Assembly: GCA_051362555.1 (NCBI GenBank)
Contig: CM120640.1
Span: forward strand, 23,794,225 to 23,858,224
Source: Lingula anatina
Lineage: Eukaryota > Animalia > Brachiopoda
Direction of reading: 5' to 3'
Length of the DNA stretch: 64,000 nucleotides
Of the stretch, positions 11,257-23,381 are shown piece after piece. The notes beneath the pieces are model-generated. The model had not been told where the DNA came from. It worked only from the letters and a program-made list of their open reading frames with translations, and ran no database searches. Numbering within the stretch: position 1 is the first letter of the stretch; the number at the start of each line of letters is the position of its first letter. The position numbers and the translations under genes are program-made.

Positions 11257-14200
11257 TGTGTGTGTGTGGGGGGGGGGGGGGGAGGGGGGCAGGGCATTCG
11301 AAGGAATCTCCCTCTGCTGGCAATTGTCAATATTGACAGGTATGGAAAGAGAAGATCAAGAAGGTTTAAACGAAGCTGATTCAAAACCGAATTCGATTCT
11401 CATGGATAAAATGGTTAAGGCAAGTGTGAGATTAACAAGTGTAGACTTGGTTTCAGGGTTTTGGTTGAAAATACAGTGACCGAATTTTGACCAATCGGAG
11501 AAGAGGACACTTTATCAATCAGACGACAACGATTGTCTGATGATAACAATGCTGCAACTTTGGACTCTATCTTGGAAGACATTGACATTCAGGTATTGAA
11601 TCATTTTATAAAAATCAGTTATGGATTTTTGCCTTCGGTCAATGTACATGTGTTGTTTTGCAGACCTCAGAAAAGTGATGACCAAGGCTTTTCTGAGGTT
11701 TTCAGAAGTAGAATATTTAATTTTTACTCATAGTACAATACAATGTAACATGATTATCAAATTTTGCTATACTTGTATCTAGTGATATCTTAGTTGTCAC
11801 TAAGGACATCAGTACGTTTCAATAATTAGGGAAATTAAGTTGGACATGGCATAGGCATAAGTCTGAAACCAAACATTTCGGTCCACACATGATTTATTTT
11901 TACTTAATGTAGGCCTGCCTCCCCCTACCCCCAATATATGTTTATAAAAGCGTATAGAAATTCGAAACTAGTACTGTTTATGCGAAAACGAACAACTTCG
12001 CTCCACCCCAAAGGTTTGCAGTCGTGCTATAGACGCAGTAGGCCTACATGTCATGCTGACAAGGCGGCGAAAATTTCACTGTGACAACGTGAAAGCTGTT
12101 TTAGCAAATAATATTGGTGATATTACTATAATTATTATTATTTGCTAAAACATCTTTCAAAGATATTTTACAATGACAATAAGTTTATTGAACACTAAGT
12201 GTCATCATTACATTACAATTATTTCAATGTCATTTACGGGATAATAATAATGTACCAGTTTACAAATGTTCAAAACGTGCGTTATCGCCATTGCATGTAG
12301 ATGAGAAAGCAGACCGCAATATGCAGTCACACCTAACACACTGCGTTGTGCCGCATGTCAAAGACTTCTGTACGCCCTTCTGCAGAAAAATGTGTTTGCC
12401 CAGGAGACAGTAGAAGACTTTGATTTATTGTGGTTGTAGGTATTGCAAGCTAATGATATTGTTGGCATTTGAAATGTACTTTTACCTCAGACCAGCTTGT
12501 TTTATCCTTTCACGGTAATAGCGCAAATTAATGATGGGAAATATTACTAAACGGGCTAAATGTAAATGCCCATAACAAATTAAATTAGTACTAGTGTTGT
12601 AAAGGTTAAACATTTCGAGCTTTTATTTATTTATTTTTCTTTTTTCCGCTCATTGTATTGTTAAAAATCCCATGTAAACCTGTGAATGGAAAATCATGAG
12701 TGGTAAATTGCAACTGTACACCTTCGTTTACTTGATCTATATCAAATTAGAATGTAGGCCCTATTGTCATGAGGTTTAGTGGCATATATACTGGGGCCGG
12801 TATGGTAAAGAAAGCTTTGATATGTCTTAATATTGTCTCGAATACAGAGTCTTGTTGCAGGGTTTGTATGTAACCTCTCATTACTTGTCACATTATATTC
12901 CATCTCTGCCTATTCAAGCATTGTGGCTTATGTCATAATAAGAATGATGATAGCCAAGGGTGATAAGGTGAAAAGAGGGTCTTACCATACAACATTGCTT
13001 TGCATATAGTACATGTACTAGTAGTTATCTAGGCTTTAACCTGCAGGTTTAACAGACTTCAGCAGTGCATTAATTGTGTCCGTAGGAATATTTTTTAGGA
13101 TTCTTCTGAGGTTTGCAGATGTACTAGTACGTAGTACTTTTATGATTTTTTTCTTGTTTTGGGAGGTACATGCACAGTAACCCTTTAATTAGTCCTTATA
13201 AATATAAAAAAATTAAGTATATTTTGCATGTGAGTATTATTAACTTTGTAAGACAGGTGTAAAGACAAATTGCCTTAACAGACACAGCTCATTAAGTTTA
13301 CTATAATAGTCAGAAGTATTTCAATCAGACAAAGTTAAGTTTTTGATAAGTGGGTTCTCTTACTTGCTGATACACATGATGGAGTAGCAAGCACTAATAC
13401 AGTTACACTAATTTGATTCCTTTAGATGAGATTTATTATGCTGAACCTGTAATTCATTATCAGTGAGAGCAGTGTTATGTCTGTGTGAAGGTTAGAGAAA
13501 TTTCAGAACCACATAGAACAACAAACTTGCAATTCATCTTCAAATAATCATTTATATATTTTTGTCTTTTTTATTGGCAGCAGGTCAGGAAGAGGTGAAA
13601 AAAATTAGTCAACATTTGATGTATGTTCTTGAGCTCAGTCAATATTCGGGAAAGGGACTAATTGTGTTATGCATAGCCAGACACAGCCAGGCAGGTGAGT
13701 GTGCTCTCTTAACAGTAACTGTTGTTTTATTTGATAGGATCACAATGTGGGCATGGATTAATTGGATTTAAATTATATGCTGTGTCATGCAATACTTACT
13801 GTATATGGTATTTAAACAAGTAGTCTAGCTAGAAGTGATGTAAGCAAGCATTTGAAAGAAAAAAAAGGGGTAAAATTTTACATTCAAAACATAATATCAG
13901 TAAAATTTTGTCTTCTTCCATGCTCTTGATTTTTGTTGTCTTCATGTGAATGCTACCCTGAGTGTCAGAGCAACGTAAAAATTAGCTTGTAAATATTAAA
14001 TATACCTTGGAGTCATTTTTACTAGCTCTGAGGAACAGCGGCCATGTTAGGCTTCCATCAATCAAATAGAACTGCTCCGCAGTGAATCTGCAGTTGAATG
14101 TCTTCAGACCAAAATGAAACGTTAAACAAATTTAATTCTGCTTTATTTAATTTTATTTGCTGTATTTAAGATGTTAAGTGAAAAAATAAATAATATTCTT

Positions 14201-14956
14201 TGAAAAGAAAAGATATATCCAATGTTTTTGTATTTTTTGCTTATCAGAGAACATTTAGTCCTGAGATATACACGTGCACAATACACATGCTTGCCGTGTG
14301 CCAAATTTGACAGCTACACTGTATGCCCGATACCACTATAAGGGCTGCGCAATGGCTACACGAAAATCAGTTTTTACAGCAGAATGTTGCTTGTATTGTG
14401 GCACTGACCTTCGACTGCAAGATATTTTCAATTCAAACTTCTAACTCCCCGTCAGGCACTTTAATTGCTTCTTGTCTTGTCTGCACGAGAAAACTTCAGC
14501 GCAAGGCGGGAAAGGCAGCTCCAGGCGGCCAAACCTGTGATGTACGAGACTTATGACTTCCAAATATGGATCCAGGCGGACACCACTGTGACATGTGACT
14601 TCCAAATATGGAAGCGCCTCAGGCAGAATTTTGAAGAAGAACGCCCCCGAGTTGCCGCTGTTCGCTAGAGCCTGGTATTGCTGATATGGGTTATATATGA
14701 AATCAAGATCGAGCTGGCAATACCAGAATCTAGAACCTAGGGTAGTGAATGCAGAAAGAGGCTCTAAATTCAGACATAGCTGATGCGTTCATGGGTAAAC
14801 ATTTTGTGGCTTGAATACAAAGAGGATGTGAAGAATGAATTCAGGGGTGAATTTCAATGCCATTTTTGATTTTTGTGCACCAGCCCAACTCCTTTCCTGT
14901 TTCCCACATTTCTTTACTCTTCCAGTGTACTAGTATATGTCATTTGGCAGGTACAC

Positions 14957-14995
<39 letters not shown>

Positions 14996-17349
14996 TAATA
15001 ATAAACTCACTTCTCATGGGAGCTAGTGGATTGTGTTGGAGAATATTCCTGTCATCATGTAAGTTGGAGATGGGAGCACGTACCGTACTTGTATACTCAT
15101 TTGTACTGTACTTGGTAATATATTTTCAAGTGTAGTTTCCTTACTTTTTAGCTGCATTTGATAACTTTGTATTTCTACATTTTTCTGCTTGCTCATTTAC
15201 TAGAAGATGCATTTGAATCACATTGCTGTATGTTTGTTTGCTTTTATAAATTTGTACTTTTTTCTTTTTGTTATATTTTTGTATGTTACCCGTATATTTG
15301 TTCAGCTCCAAGTGTTTGAAGACAGTGCTTGGCCAATATTAAGATGTATATCTTTATAAAGCTGCCCCAGTAAGGATTCCTTTCTGTTAAAGAAAGAAAC
15401 CTTTGTTACCCAACTCAATTCCCAGTATCACTTTCCTTCCTTAAAATGCCCTTATTTCCTGTGTTTTCTTGAGACAGAACTCGAGTTAGGAAGCAGCCTG
15501 TTGCTTTAAATCTGTATTCTATTTATCACAGTGTATATTTTCATGGTCTCACTTACAAGTGAGAAAAAATGCAGGTCCATAATGAAGTGAAAATCTGTGG
15601 CATTTGCTGAAGTTGGTGGGAATGGACTGACAGGATTGCTGCAGGTATTTTATGAAAGTGAACTCTGGTGTAACAGTATTGAAGGAGGGATATTAGATTT
15701 TGCTGATGTGAATGGTGTCACTAATACTAGTCAGCAGGAAATATGGGATCATGTGGATATAGATTTCCACACCAATAGACCCTTATTCAAATGTTGCCTA
15801 GTTTTGAACAAAATAGTGTTGTCTGCCAAGAATCCAGTGATTAATTTTAGTTCATTTACTGTAATTAGAAAAGCATGATTTTCAAAAGTGTTTAAAAACT
15901 TTAAGTAGAATTACAAAAGTACATAGGCTCAGGCTATATATACTAGCTAGTAGAGTTTTACATGTATCATGTGAAAACGAGGCAATGTGTGTGATGGCAG
16001 ATGTCATTATAATGACTTGCCAGTCATTTCAAACTAAATTATCAAATTCCAAATGGAATAAAACATTGAGTCCAAGAGCAGGGATGGGTCAAGCTATAAT
16101 TCGTGAGTAGGAGAAAATTGGTCTTTACCGCAGGGAAATTCATTTTGGTGGGAAAATCCCATAGAGTTGGCCTTTAACCTGTTAAAACCTGTTTGACAGT
16201 TTTTACGTAATTTTACTCACTATTTGTGGATAAAGTATGCCTTTTTAAGTCAAAAAAGTTTGTGTTTTAGGGTAAAAATATTTCTTGTCAGTAGAATTAA
16301 ATGCCCATCTTATCTAGACCTAATCATTTTGTTTCTGTACATTTTTTGTTTAATGTCTGTATATTTGCCAGCCTGCCTATCTTTTTTATCCATAAATATG
16401 GGAACCATGTGATTCCCAACCTAAAGTTAAAGTGGTGTGTACCATATCAGGCATGCAAAAACCTAATGTAAGAGCTGCTAGAATGTGTCCCTTAGGTATA
16501 ATATTGTAGTTTTCAGTAGACAAGCAACTTTCAATGCTGTCATATATTTAATTGACTACAATGAAATTTTTACTTAATGGCATTTTGCTAGAGCTTATTT
16601 TGATCTAAAGAGGTTACAGATGAAACACAATTCAGATTAATTGAATCCTACACATGATCATCAGTAAATAATTTCCACTTCTCATTCAAGTTTCATTTGG
16701 TAACAGCAGTAGGCTGCCATTAAATTAATATTTATCGTACTGTCAGAAAGGAAATGGTAGTTTGTAAAATGAGAATTGTAAAATACACACATGTACATAT
16801 GGTAGGAGGAAAACTTGTTAAATAGTTGTATTTACATTTCCAAGCACTTTATCTTTAAAGAAAGTGTTGTGATACTCTTCAGTCATATCCTTGCATCCCA
16901 ATTTCATCAAAAAAGGACTAGTTTCAATTCGAGCTTATTTAGATACCCTGTACCAGGCAATTCTATCAGTAACTTTGTGGAATCTTTCTTTTAGAAATAA
17001 TGCTGTCCCTCTATGCAGTAGCACAAAAAACCTGCCATTATAAAATCAGCCTCGTAAAAGATAATTGCCACTTGCTAACATGAGTCTTAAATTTTGAAGC
17101 ACAAATGACTGGAGCCACAAATTATGAGTACCCCAACGTAAAATTTGTATAGCCAGGAGCACAGCGTTGGACCACACAAACAATTTGGATTTACTGTTTA
17201 TGGGTCCTATTGCTGTGCTAGTGGCTACTATTTTTGTGAGCGGTTCTTAATTTGTGGCTTTAGTCGTTACTTTGGGTGTTTGTGCCCACAAATCTGAGGC
17301 TCAAGTCCGCAAATGCCTAATCGGTTTATAAGGTCTTCATATAGAAAAC

Positions 17350-18035
17350 AAAAAAAAGGGACACCACATTCAGTTTTGTGCTTGACAAGCTCTATAAAAT
17401 GCAAAAAACAATAGGTCTCTAGCTTAACGGTTCTAGAATTAGAGAGAGTTTTTATTATGGCATCTAATGGCTGCTTGTCCTGTAAAATGCACCAATTGAC
17501 CCCAAACTCACAAAGATGAAAAATGACCCTAAATGTAACGTCTGCTCATCTAATTATAGGTTAGATCTGCATAGTTTATGAAAATAAGCACAAATAATAT
17601 TTTTTTTTTTGCAAAAAATTCCCATTTTTAGAAAATATTGGCCAATTAATTTGACCTTGAATTAAAGGTCAAAGGTCAAATCCAAGGGCATATTTGAAAT
17701 CCCTACATATGACTTGCAGTCAGCCTTACATAGAAATTTTTCCCATAATTCCTTCGGTTTGGGAGCTATTTAGCATTTAATTTTGCAAATTTTGGACAAA
17801 GGTGCATTGCGATGAGCGTCTCGATTACTAGACACGTGCACCAACAAAGCCCAAAAATTTATGTGGAATGAGTTGAGATTATATGTGACCTAAATCCAAG
17901 AGATGGGTATGCAGGCTCTCGTAGTCTAGGAGAAGTGGTAATGGTGACATGGCAGCGGAGCCAGCGGATACGGCGGATGAGACAGGTCGGGACTTAAACC
18001 ATGTGAACTGCCAGCTCCTACAGTGCATGTACAAT
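17350..18035 (-). mobile_element. Diverged partial copy of the Helentron-like element at 29054-31021, inverted
   Basis: Reverse complement aligns by eye with ~29060-29770 (e.g. GTCCCGACC.GTCTC, GATTTCAAATATGCCCTTGGATTTGA, GAGTTTGGGGTCAAT.GGTGCATTTT). Confidence 0.8.
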
Positions 18036-18057
18036 TAAGACCAAGGTATCATAATCT

Positions 18058-18647
18058 TGTCATAGTGGTGATTTCACGGCCAAACTTCATTTTAGAAACT
18101 TCCACATTTAAATCAAATTAAATCAACATTTGGTAAATATTGTTCAGATGTCTCCTTTAAAATGATATTATATGAATCTGTTTATGTATGTTATTCATTG
18201 GAAAGAACTGTAACCAAGTTTAAAAGGATGTTTTCAGTTTTAAAAGGATTGAATAACTTTATTTACGGCTTCATCCCCTAGTTGGAGTTTAAAGCAGTCT
18301 GACTTTAATTATGTTAAAGGTCTCTAGTAATATGTCTTAATTCTGTTAATTGGCTTCAATATCTCTGACTTGTTTTAGGAATCACTGTAATGTATTTTGT
18401 GTGTATTAGTATATAAGGAGAAGAACTTTGTATTAGAGATCAGAGATTGGAGATCAGAGCTCGGAGTGAGTTTGGTCAGTCGAACCGATAGCTGGATTGT
18501 CCCTGCTGTCTTAGGAGACTCCAGATCTCTCAACCAGAGAAATAAATGTGGAGAGAAGTCAGTTTGTAGCTGATCTCTGGAAAACATATCACTGCTGTTC
18601 TGTTACCTGCTGGAGAAGTAACTCAGACCAAAGTGTCCCCTGTGATA
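18058..18647 (+). repeat. 5' LTR, 590 bp
   Basis: TGTCATAG...CTGTGATA ends; TATATAAG at ~18410; AATAAA at 18541. Confidence 0.93.
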
Positions 18648-18649
18648 CA

Positions 18650-18669
18650 TGGTGAAGATACCTGCGATC
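18650..18669 (+). promoter_or_regulatory. Primer-binding site, tRNA-Ala-like
   Basis: TGGTGAAGATACCTGCGATC, 2 nt after the LTR; 16/20 match to the recalled complement of a metazoan tRNA-Ala 3' end (TGGTGGAGATGCCGGGGATC). Confidence 0.6.
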
Positions 18670-18752
18670 CCCAAGTGCCTTTCACTGCAGATGCCAAGCG
18701 AGTGAGCAGATACCTTAGCTAGGATACCCCAACAACCACAACAACCAGCACT

Positions 18753-19250
18753 ATGATGAAACATGCAACCTTCAGCAATTATCCGAGAGACTTACAACAA
18801 ATTCTATCTGAAGTAGATCAAATGCCAACTGCATACAATATCGACAAAGATAGAAACAAGCTGACCATCACAATTGTCTGGAAGAACGATCCAAGACACC
18901 AGCAATTGCAGAATGTTGAAACAGTTCCCCTAATTTGCAGCATCAAAAAGAAAAAGTCACCATCACGTCTGAGAAGAGATCAGGAAAGAATGAAGAAATG
19001 GCAGAGCAGAAAGAAGACTAGTCACCAGAAACAGGCAGTCCAAGCTTATACATGTGAGTTAAAAATGGGTTGCAATGCCTTGATAGATAATGCACCAGAG
19101 AGAGTGCCAGTGGATTGCAACGCCGTATTAGAAAATGCACCAGAGAGCGTGCAAGCACCAGAAGACGTGCCAGAAGAAACTCTATTTCCTTTTCATGAGT
19201 GTGACTCTGTAAATGATGAACTACGGGACCCTTCTGCTGCTGTAAATTAA
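18753..19250 (+). CDS. LTR-element ORF, N-terminal part; unknown protein with basic KKKKSPSRLRRD motif
   Basis: 165-aa ATG-initiated ORF ~85 bp after the PBS; joins the next ORF by a +1 shift at ~19245. Confidence 0.65.
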   Translation: MMKHATFSNYPRDLQQILSEVDQMPTAYNIDKDRNKLTITIVWKNDPRHQQLQNVETVPLICSIKKKKSPSRLRRDQERMKKWQSRKKTSHQKQAVQAYTCELKMGCNALIDNAPERVPVDCNAVLENAPESVQAPEDVPEETLFPFHECDSVNDELRDPSAAVN

Positions 19251-19839
19251 GACAGAATTGAAGAATCTCAGAGCAAAATTAAAGGAACTAGAAATTGTAA
19301 GAAAAGAGCTTGATGCGACAAAGGAACAAGTAAGCAAGTCAAACAACATTAGAAAAGAACTAAATGAAAAAAATGCTGAAATAAGAAGAAATTCTGAGAC
19401 TATTAAAGGTTTAAAGGCCACTTGTATTAAAAGAGAATACAAAATTCATCTACTGGAACAGGAGAAATTAAGAAATGAAAGCTATTGTGCACAACAGAAA
19501 GAAAAAATCATAAGTGACCCTAAATTCCATGTTAACTGCTTATCAAAAGAAGTAGCATTTTCTCTAAAGAATCAACTTTTATTTGAAAACACTGAAAATG
19601 AGAAACAATGGCAAGAAGAGAAAGGACTTTTACAATCACAATGGCAAAAAGAGAAAGAACTTTTACAATCACAGATTAACTATATTAGTTATCAAAATCA
19701 AACACAACAAGTTCAATACTGTTGTGGCTTATGTATGAGAATTACACCAGAACCAATATATATGAACCAATACAATACTAGTACGAATCCAAGGAATAAT
19801 AATCAAGGTCTAGGTGGATATAGACCAAGACATTACTAA
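19246..19839 (+). CDS. LTR-element ORF, C-terminal coiled-coil part with CCGLC motif
   Basis: Frame is open from 19246 with no early ATG; heptad-like K/E/L-rich sequence; ends ~80 bp before the 3' LTR. Confidence 0.65.
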   Translation: MKTELKNLRAKLKELEIVRKELDATKEQVSKSNNIRKELNEKNAEIRRNSETIKGLKATCIKREYKIHLLEQEKLRNESYCAQQKEKIISDPKFHVNCLSKEVAFSLKNQLLFENTENEKQWQEEKGLLQSQWQKEKELLQSQINYISYQNQTQQVQYCCGLCMRITPEPIYMNQYNTSTNPRNNNQGLGGYRPRHY

Positions 19840-19917
19840 TAACTGAATTTGAAAAAAGGTTTTTAGTGGCAATTTCACGGTAAATATGAGGACATATTTA
19901 GAAGGGCCCCAGGGATG

Positions 19918-20506
19918 TGTCATAGTGGTGATTTCACGGCCAAACTTCATTTTAGAAACTTCCACATTTAAATCAAATTAAATCAACATTTGGTAAATAT
20001 TGTTCAGATGTCTCCTTTAAAATGATATTATATGAATCTGTTTATGTATGTTATTCATTGGAAAGAACTGTAACCAAGTTTAAAAGGATGTTTTCAGTTT
20101 TAAAAGGATTGAATAACTTTATTTACGGCTTCATCCCCTAGTTGGAGTTTAAAGCAGTCTGACTTTAATTATGTTAAAGGTCTCTAGTAATATGTCTTAA
20201 TTCTGTTAATTGGCTTCAATATCTCTGACTTGTTTTAGGAATCACTGTAATGTATTTTGTGTGTATTAGTATATAAGGAGAAGAACTTTGTATTAGAGAT
20301 CAGAGATTGGAGATCAGAGCTCGGAGTGAGTTTGGTCAGTCGAACCGATAGCTGGATTGTCCCTGCTGTCTTAGGAGACTCCAGATCTCTCAGCCAGAGA
20401 AATAAAGGTAGAGAGCAGTCAGTTTGTAGTTGATCTCTGGAATACATATCACTGCTGTTGTGTTACCTGCTGGAGAAGTAACTCAGACCAAGTGTCCCCT
20501 ATGATA
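19918..20506 (+). repeat. 3' LTR, 589 bp
   Basis: Identical to the 5' LTR over the first 475 bp, then 8 substitutions and 1 indel. Confidence 0.93.
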
Positions 20507-21654
20507 ATCTGTTCAACACAGGAGATAAATAAAGTGTATATATTGCATGTAGAATTGGCATATGTTTTACTCTCACTATCTCTCTCTCTTTTTTCTCTCT
20601 AAAACAAGGACAAGTCTGATTTGTCTACTGAATTTTATTTTGTTGAAATATTTTAGAATGAATGATCAGTTCAAGTAGTTTTACAGGCCATCTTTATTTG
20701 TTAAGCAGGGATACCTTTTGAAATTATGCAGAGTTTTTATTCAAGTTTTAAAATTTTAGAGAATTGTCTTTAGACTCCTTTAGAATTGCTGCACAGAATT
20801 TTAAAAAGAACCCTTTGCCTTTTAAACCCTCATATGAATTCTCTGCAAGTATTGCATGATGTATTCTGAAGTATACCATCTTTTAATTTAATAGGATTTT
20901 ATTTGTGTGATTCACTACTACACTCACATAAATGTTTCTCTGTAAAGATGTTCAGAGATCCATTGTCAGTGACTTGAGAGTGGCATACTGTGAAGTTGAT
21001 CAGAAAAAAATGAGAACAATGTCTTCTCAAGATTTCATCTTCTTCCTCATTTTATTCCCAGCGGGGAAAATAGTGGGGAGTTGTATCATATTAGCATCAA
21101 TTATCCCTTACAAGACACAGCAGCTCATCATTTAGGCATTATCTGGAAAGAACCATTTTTTTTCATTTCATACAGTGTAATGATTAAGTCAGTTTATCAA
21201 TTAAGTGTCTTTATGGCATTTGTTGCAAAGGTACCAGTACTTCTTTTTTATCTCTTTGAACAAGATGTCTGCAATTTGCATAGACAAGTATTGGTCAGTT
21301 GACACTTTTTTGCATACTTAGAGTCCTCAAGGTCTGTGTGGCAATGCAAAAATGGATTATTCTAAAACACCTGTGGACAATTTTGTATACCCTCTTTTAT
21401 TGGAAAGTTGAGGAGGAGCTGACATATACAGCCAAGGCTATAGGAACTGGCAAGTCACTTGGAAAGGAACAAACCTTCCATACGGACTAATGTCACACCA
21501 AGGGTTAGGATCAGGTATTTGAACAGAGCAAATAGTGTAAGTGATGGCCATGTTATTTTAGCTTTGAAATATGCTGAAACCAGCAAGGATCACAGTAATG
21601 TTTTGTAGAAAATCAAAAAGAAAGTAAATGTGAGACCTGATTCGACATATGTAC

Positions 21655-22175
21655 TATTATAACGCCGACGTGGTTCTGGAGTCTTCAATCATTTATTCAA
21701 CACTTAATTTTCATACAATTTTACCCATATTTTTACTCTAATTTTCCGTACTGATCACGCGTGTAATTATGTTCTTTTTATTGTTTATGGCGTGATTTCC
21801 AGAAACTTTCCATTGTCATGTTTACTTTACCATAGAACATTCCCTTATTAGGTAATGTCTAAGAACCTTGTTTTCAATTAAACTCATCCAAAATACTATT
21901 TGCATTACTCATACTTGAATCATGTCCAAAACTTAGTTATCATGTGATAAACAGTTGATCAAAATTAACATCTGTTATGAAATTGACCAATCACATTAAA
22001 TGTTATTGACTTGGACCTTTTCCATCTTCTTCTGACACTAAAAACATGTTCTACACTTGTTGACACTCGATGAAGCTTAATTTGCACTCAATATCACTCT
22101 AACTTTTCATCTATTTGATTTCCCTTTTATTACTAATTGTAATGAGTGTAAGGGTAAGTAATTAACTTTACAACA
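21655..22175 (-). repeat. 3' LTR, ~521 bp
   Basis: TGTTGTAA...TTATAATA imperfect inverted ends; follows the PPT; abuts the TSD. Confidence 0.7.
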
Positions 22176-22359
22176 TACACCCTTTCTTCAAAAGAATTCG
22201 TCCTCGAATTCTAAAACTTTACAACATACACTCCTTTTTGATTTTTTTTAAAGCAAAGCATATACTGAATAACATAAAATTCGCAAATCATTTAATCATA
22301 AACTCGTCATATTATCTTAATGAACTAAAAATATACTTGACATTAATTTGTTCCATGCA

Positions 22360-22922
22360 TCAATGTTCAATGTATTTACAAACAGGACATTGTGTCATAA
22401 CATTTATTGTAAGAACACAATTATTGTCATTTCTTGTTATCTTAATAATACGTCGTCTAAATCTATTATATGATATAACTTTATCCTTATTCAGTAGTAA
22501 TTCAGTATAATATTTAACAGCAATATTTAAACGTCGTAGTAATAATATGCTAACTTTGACTAAATGAGTAACATTCCATGCATAATATATTGCTTGAATA
22601 ATACATTTACCAATACCTGATGGTATTTGATGCAACATATAAACTATGTAATCTTCTGATATCATCATATAATGAGCAGAACCTATTAATTTTACAAAGT
22701 CCAACTGCTCATCTATAGAATTAAATTTTCCACAAAACATCAGTAAAATTGATTCGTTTATCACCTCAGAAGGAAATTTTATTTGAAAATTAGGTTCTCT
22801 TTTCTGTTTAAAATACAATTCATTTATGTATATTGAATGTTTACGTAAATTCTCAAAAAATTTAAAAGATAAGCTGACAATTCTGTCATCTATGTAAATA
22901 TTATATACAAATTCGTCAGAAT
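22360..22922 (-). CDS. Accessory exon encoding a BTB/POZ-like protein with a C-terminal CxxC
   Basis: Frame is open 22950-22360 with no early ATG; T9-CAG acceptor at 22923. Translation: SDEFVYNIYIDDRIVSLSFKFFENLRKHSIYINELYF...FPSEVINESILLMFCGKF...DFVKLIGSAHYMMI...CPVC. Confidence 0.55.
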
Positions 22923-23381
22923 CTGAAAAAAAAATAGAACATATTATAATTCATTCTAATTGATTAACAAATGTTTAATATCAATATTAAATACTTAACA
23001 ATTGAAATAAAATATACTAATTATAATGACTACATTTTACATAATATATTATAGATAACTAAAATCAATATGTTATAACTCAAATAAAATAGTGAATGAT
23101 TTTAATAATAAGTATTATAATATTACATAATAGTAGTAATCTTCAAGAATCAAATTGAAAATAACTTTGTGCATTTCTCAAAGTCATTATCATGATAATA
23201 ATACATATATCAGTCTTTGATATCAAATTAACAATCAAGAAAATTCAATCTTCAAGTCATGGAAATGTCATTTTATGTTTGTACACACATCTTCGTGTTA
23301 TAACAGTTCACTCGCAAAAATCATTGTATTGTGTTGTATTACTAGACAAGAGTAGCAAGTCATGCCAAGTTTTGATCAAAA

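Larger units (their letters stand above)
18058..20506 (+). mobile_element. Non-autonomous Gypsy-like LTR retroelement without pol
   Basis: Direct LTRs 18058-18647 and 19918-20506; ATCT 4-bp TSD (18054-18057, 20507-20510); primer-binding site (PBS) at 18650; purine-rich tract before the 3' LTR; 1270-bp interior. Confidence 0.93.

Noticed and set aside
14323-14668. GC-richer ORFs with a duplicated GACTTCCAAATATGG
   Set aside because: No recognisable domain or convincing exon structure; could be a UTR exon or a repeat relic
15590-15880. Possible decayed LINE fragment
   Set aside because: No RT or endonuclease motif could be read with confidence
18375-20447. Twin 70-aa minus-strand ORFs suggesting a duplicated gene
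   Set aside because: Both lie within the LTRs, which explains the duplication
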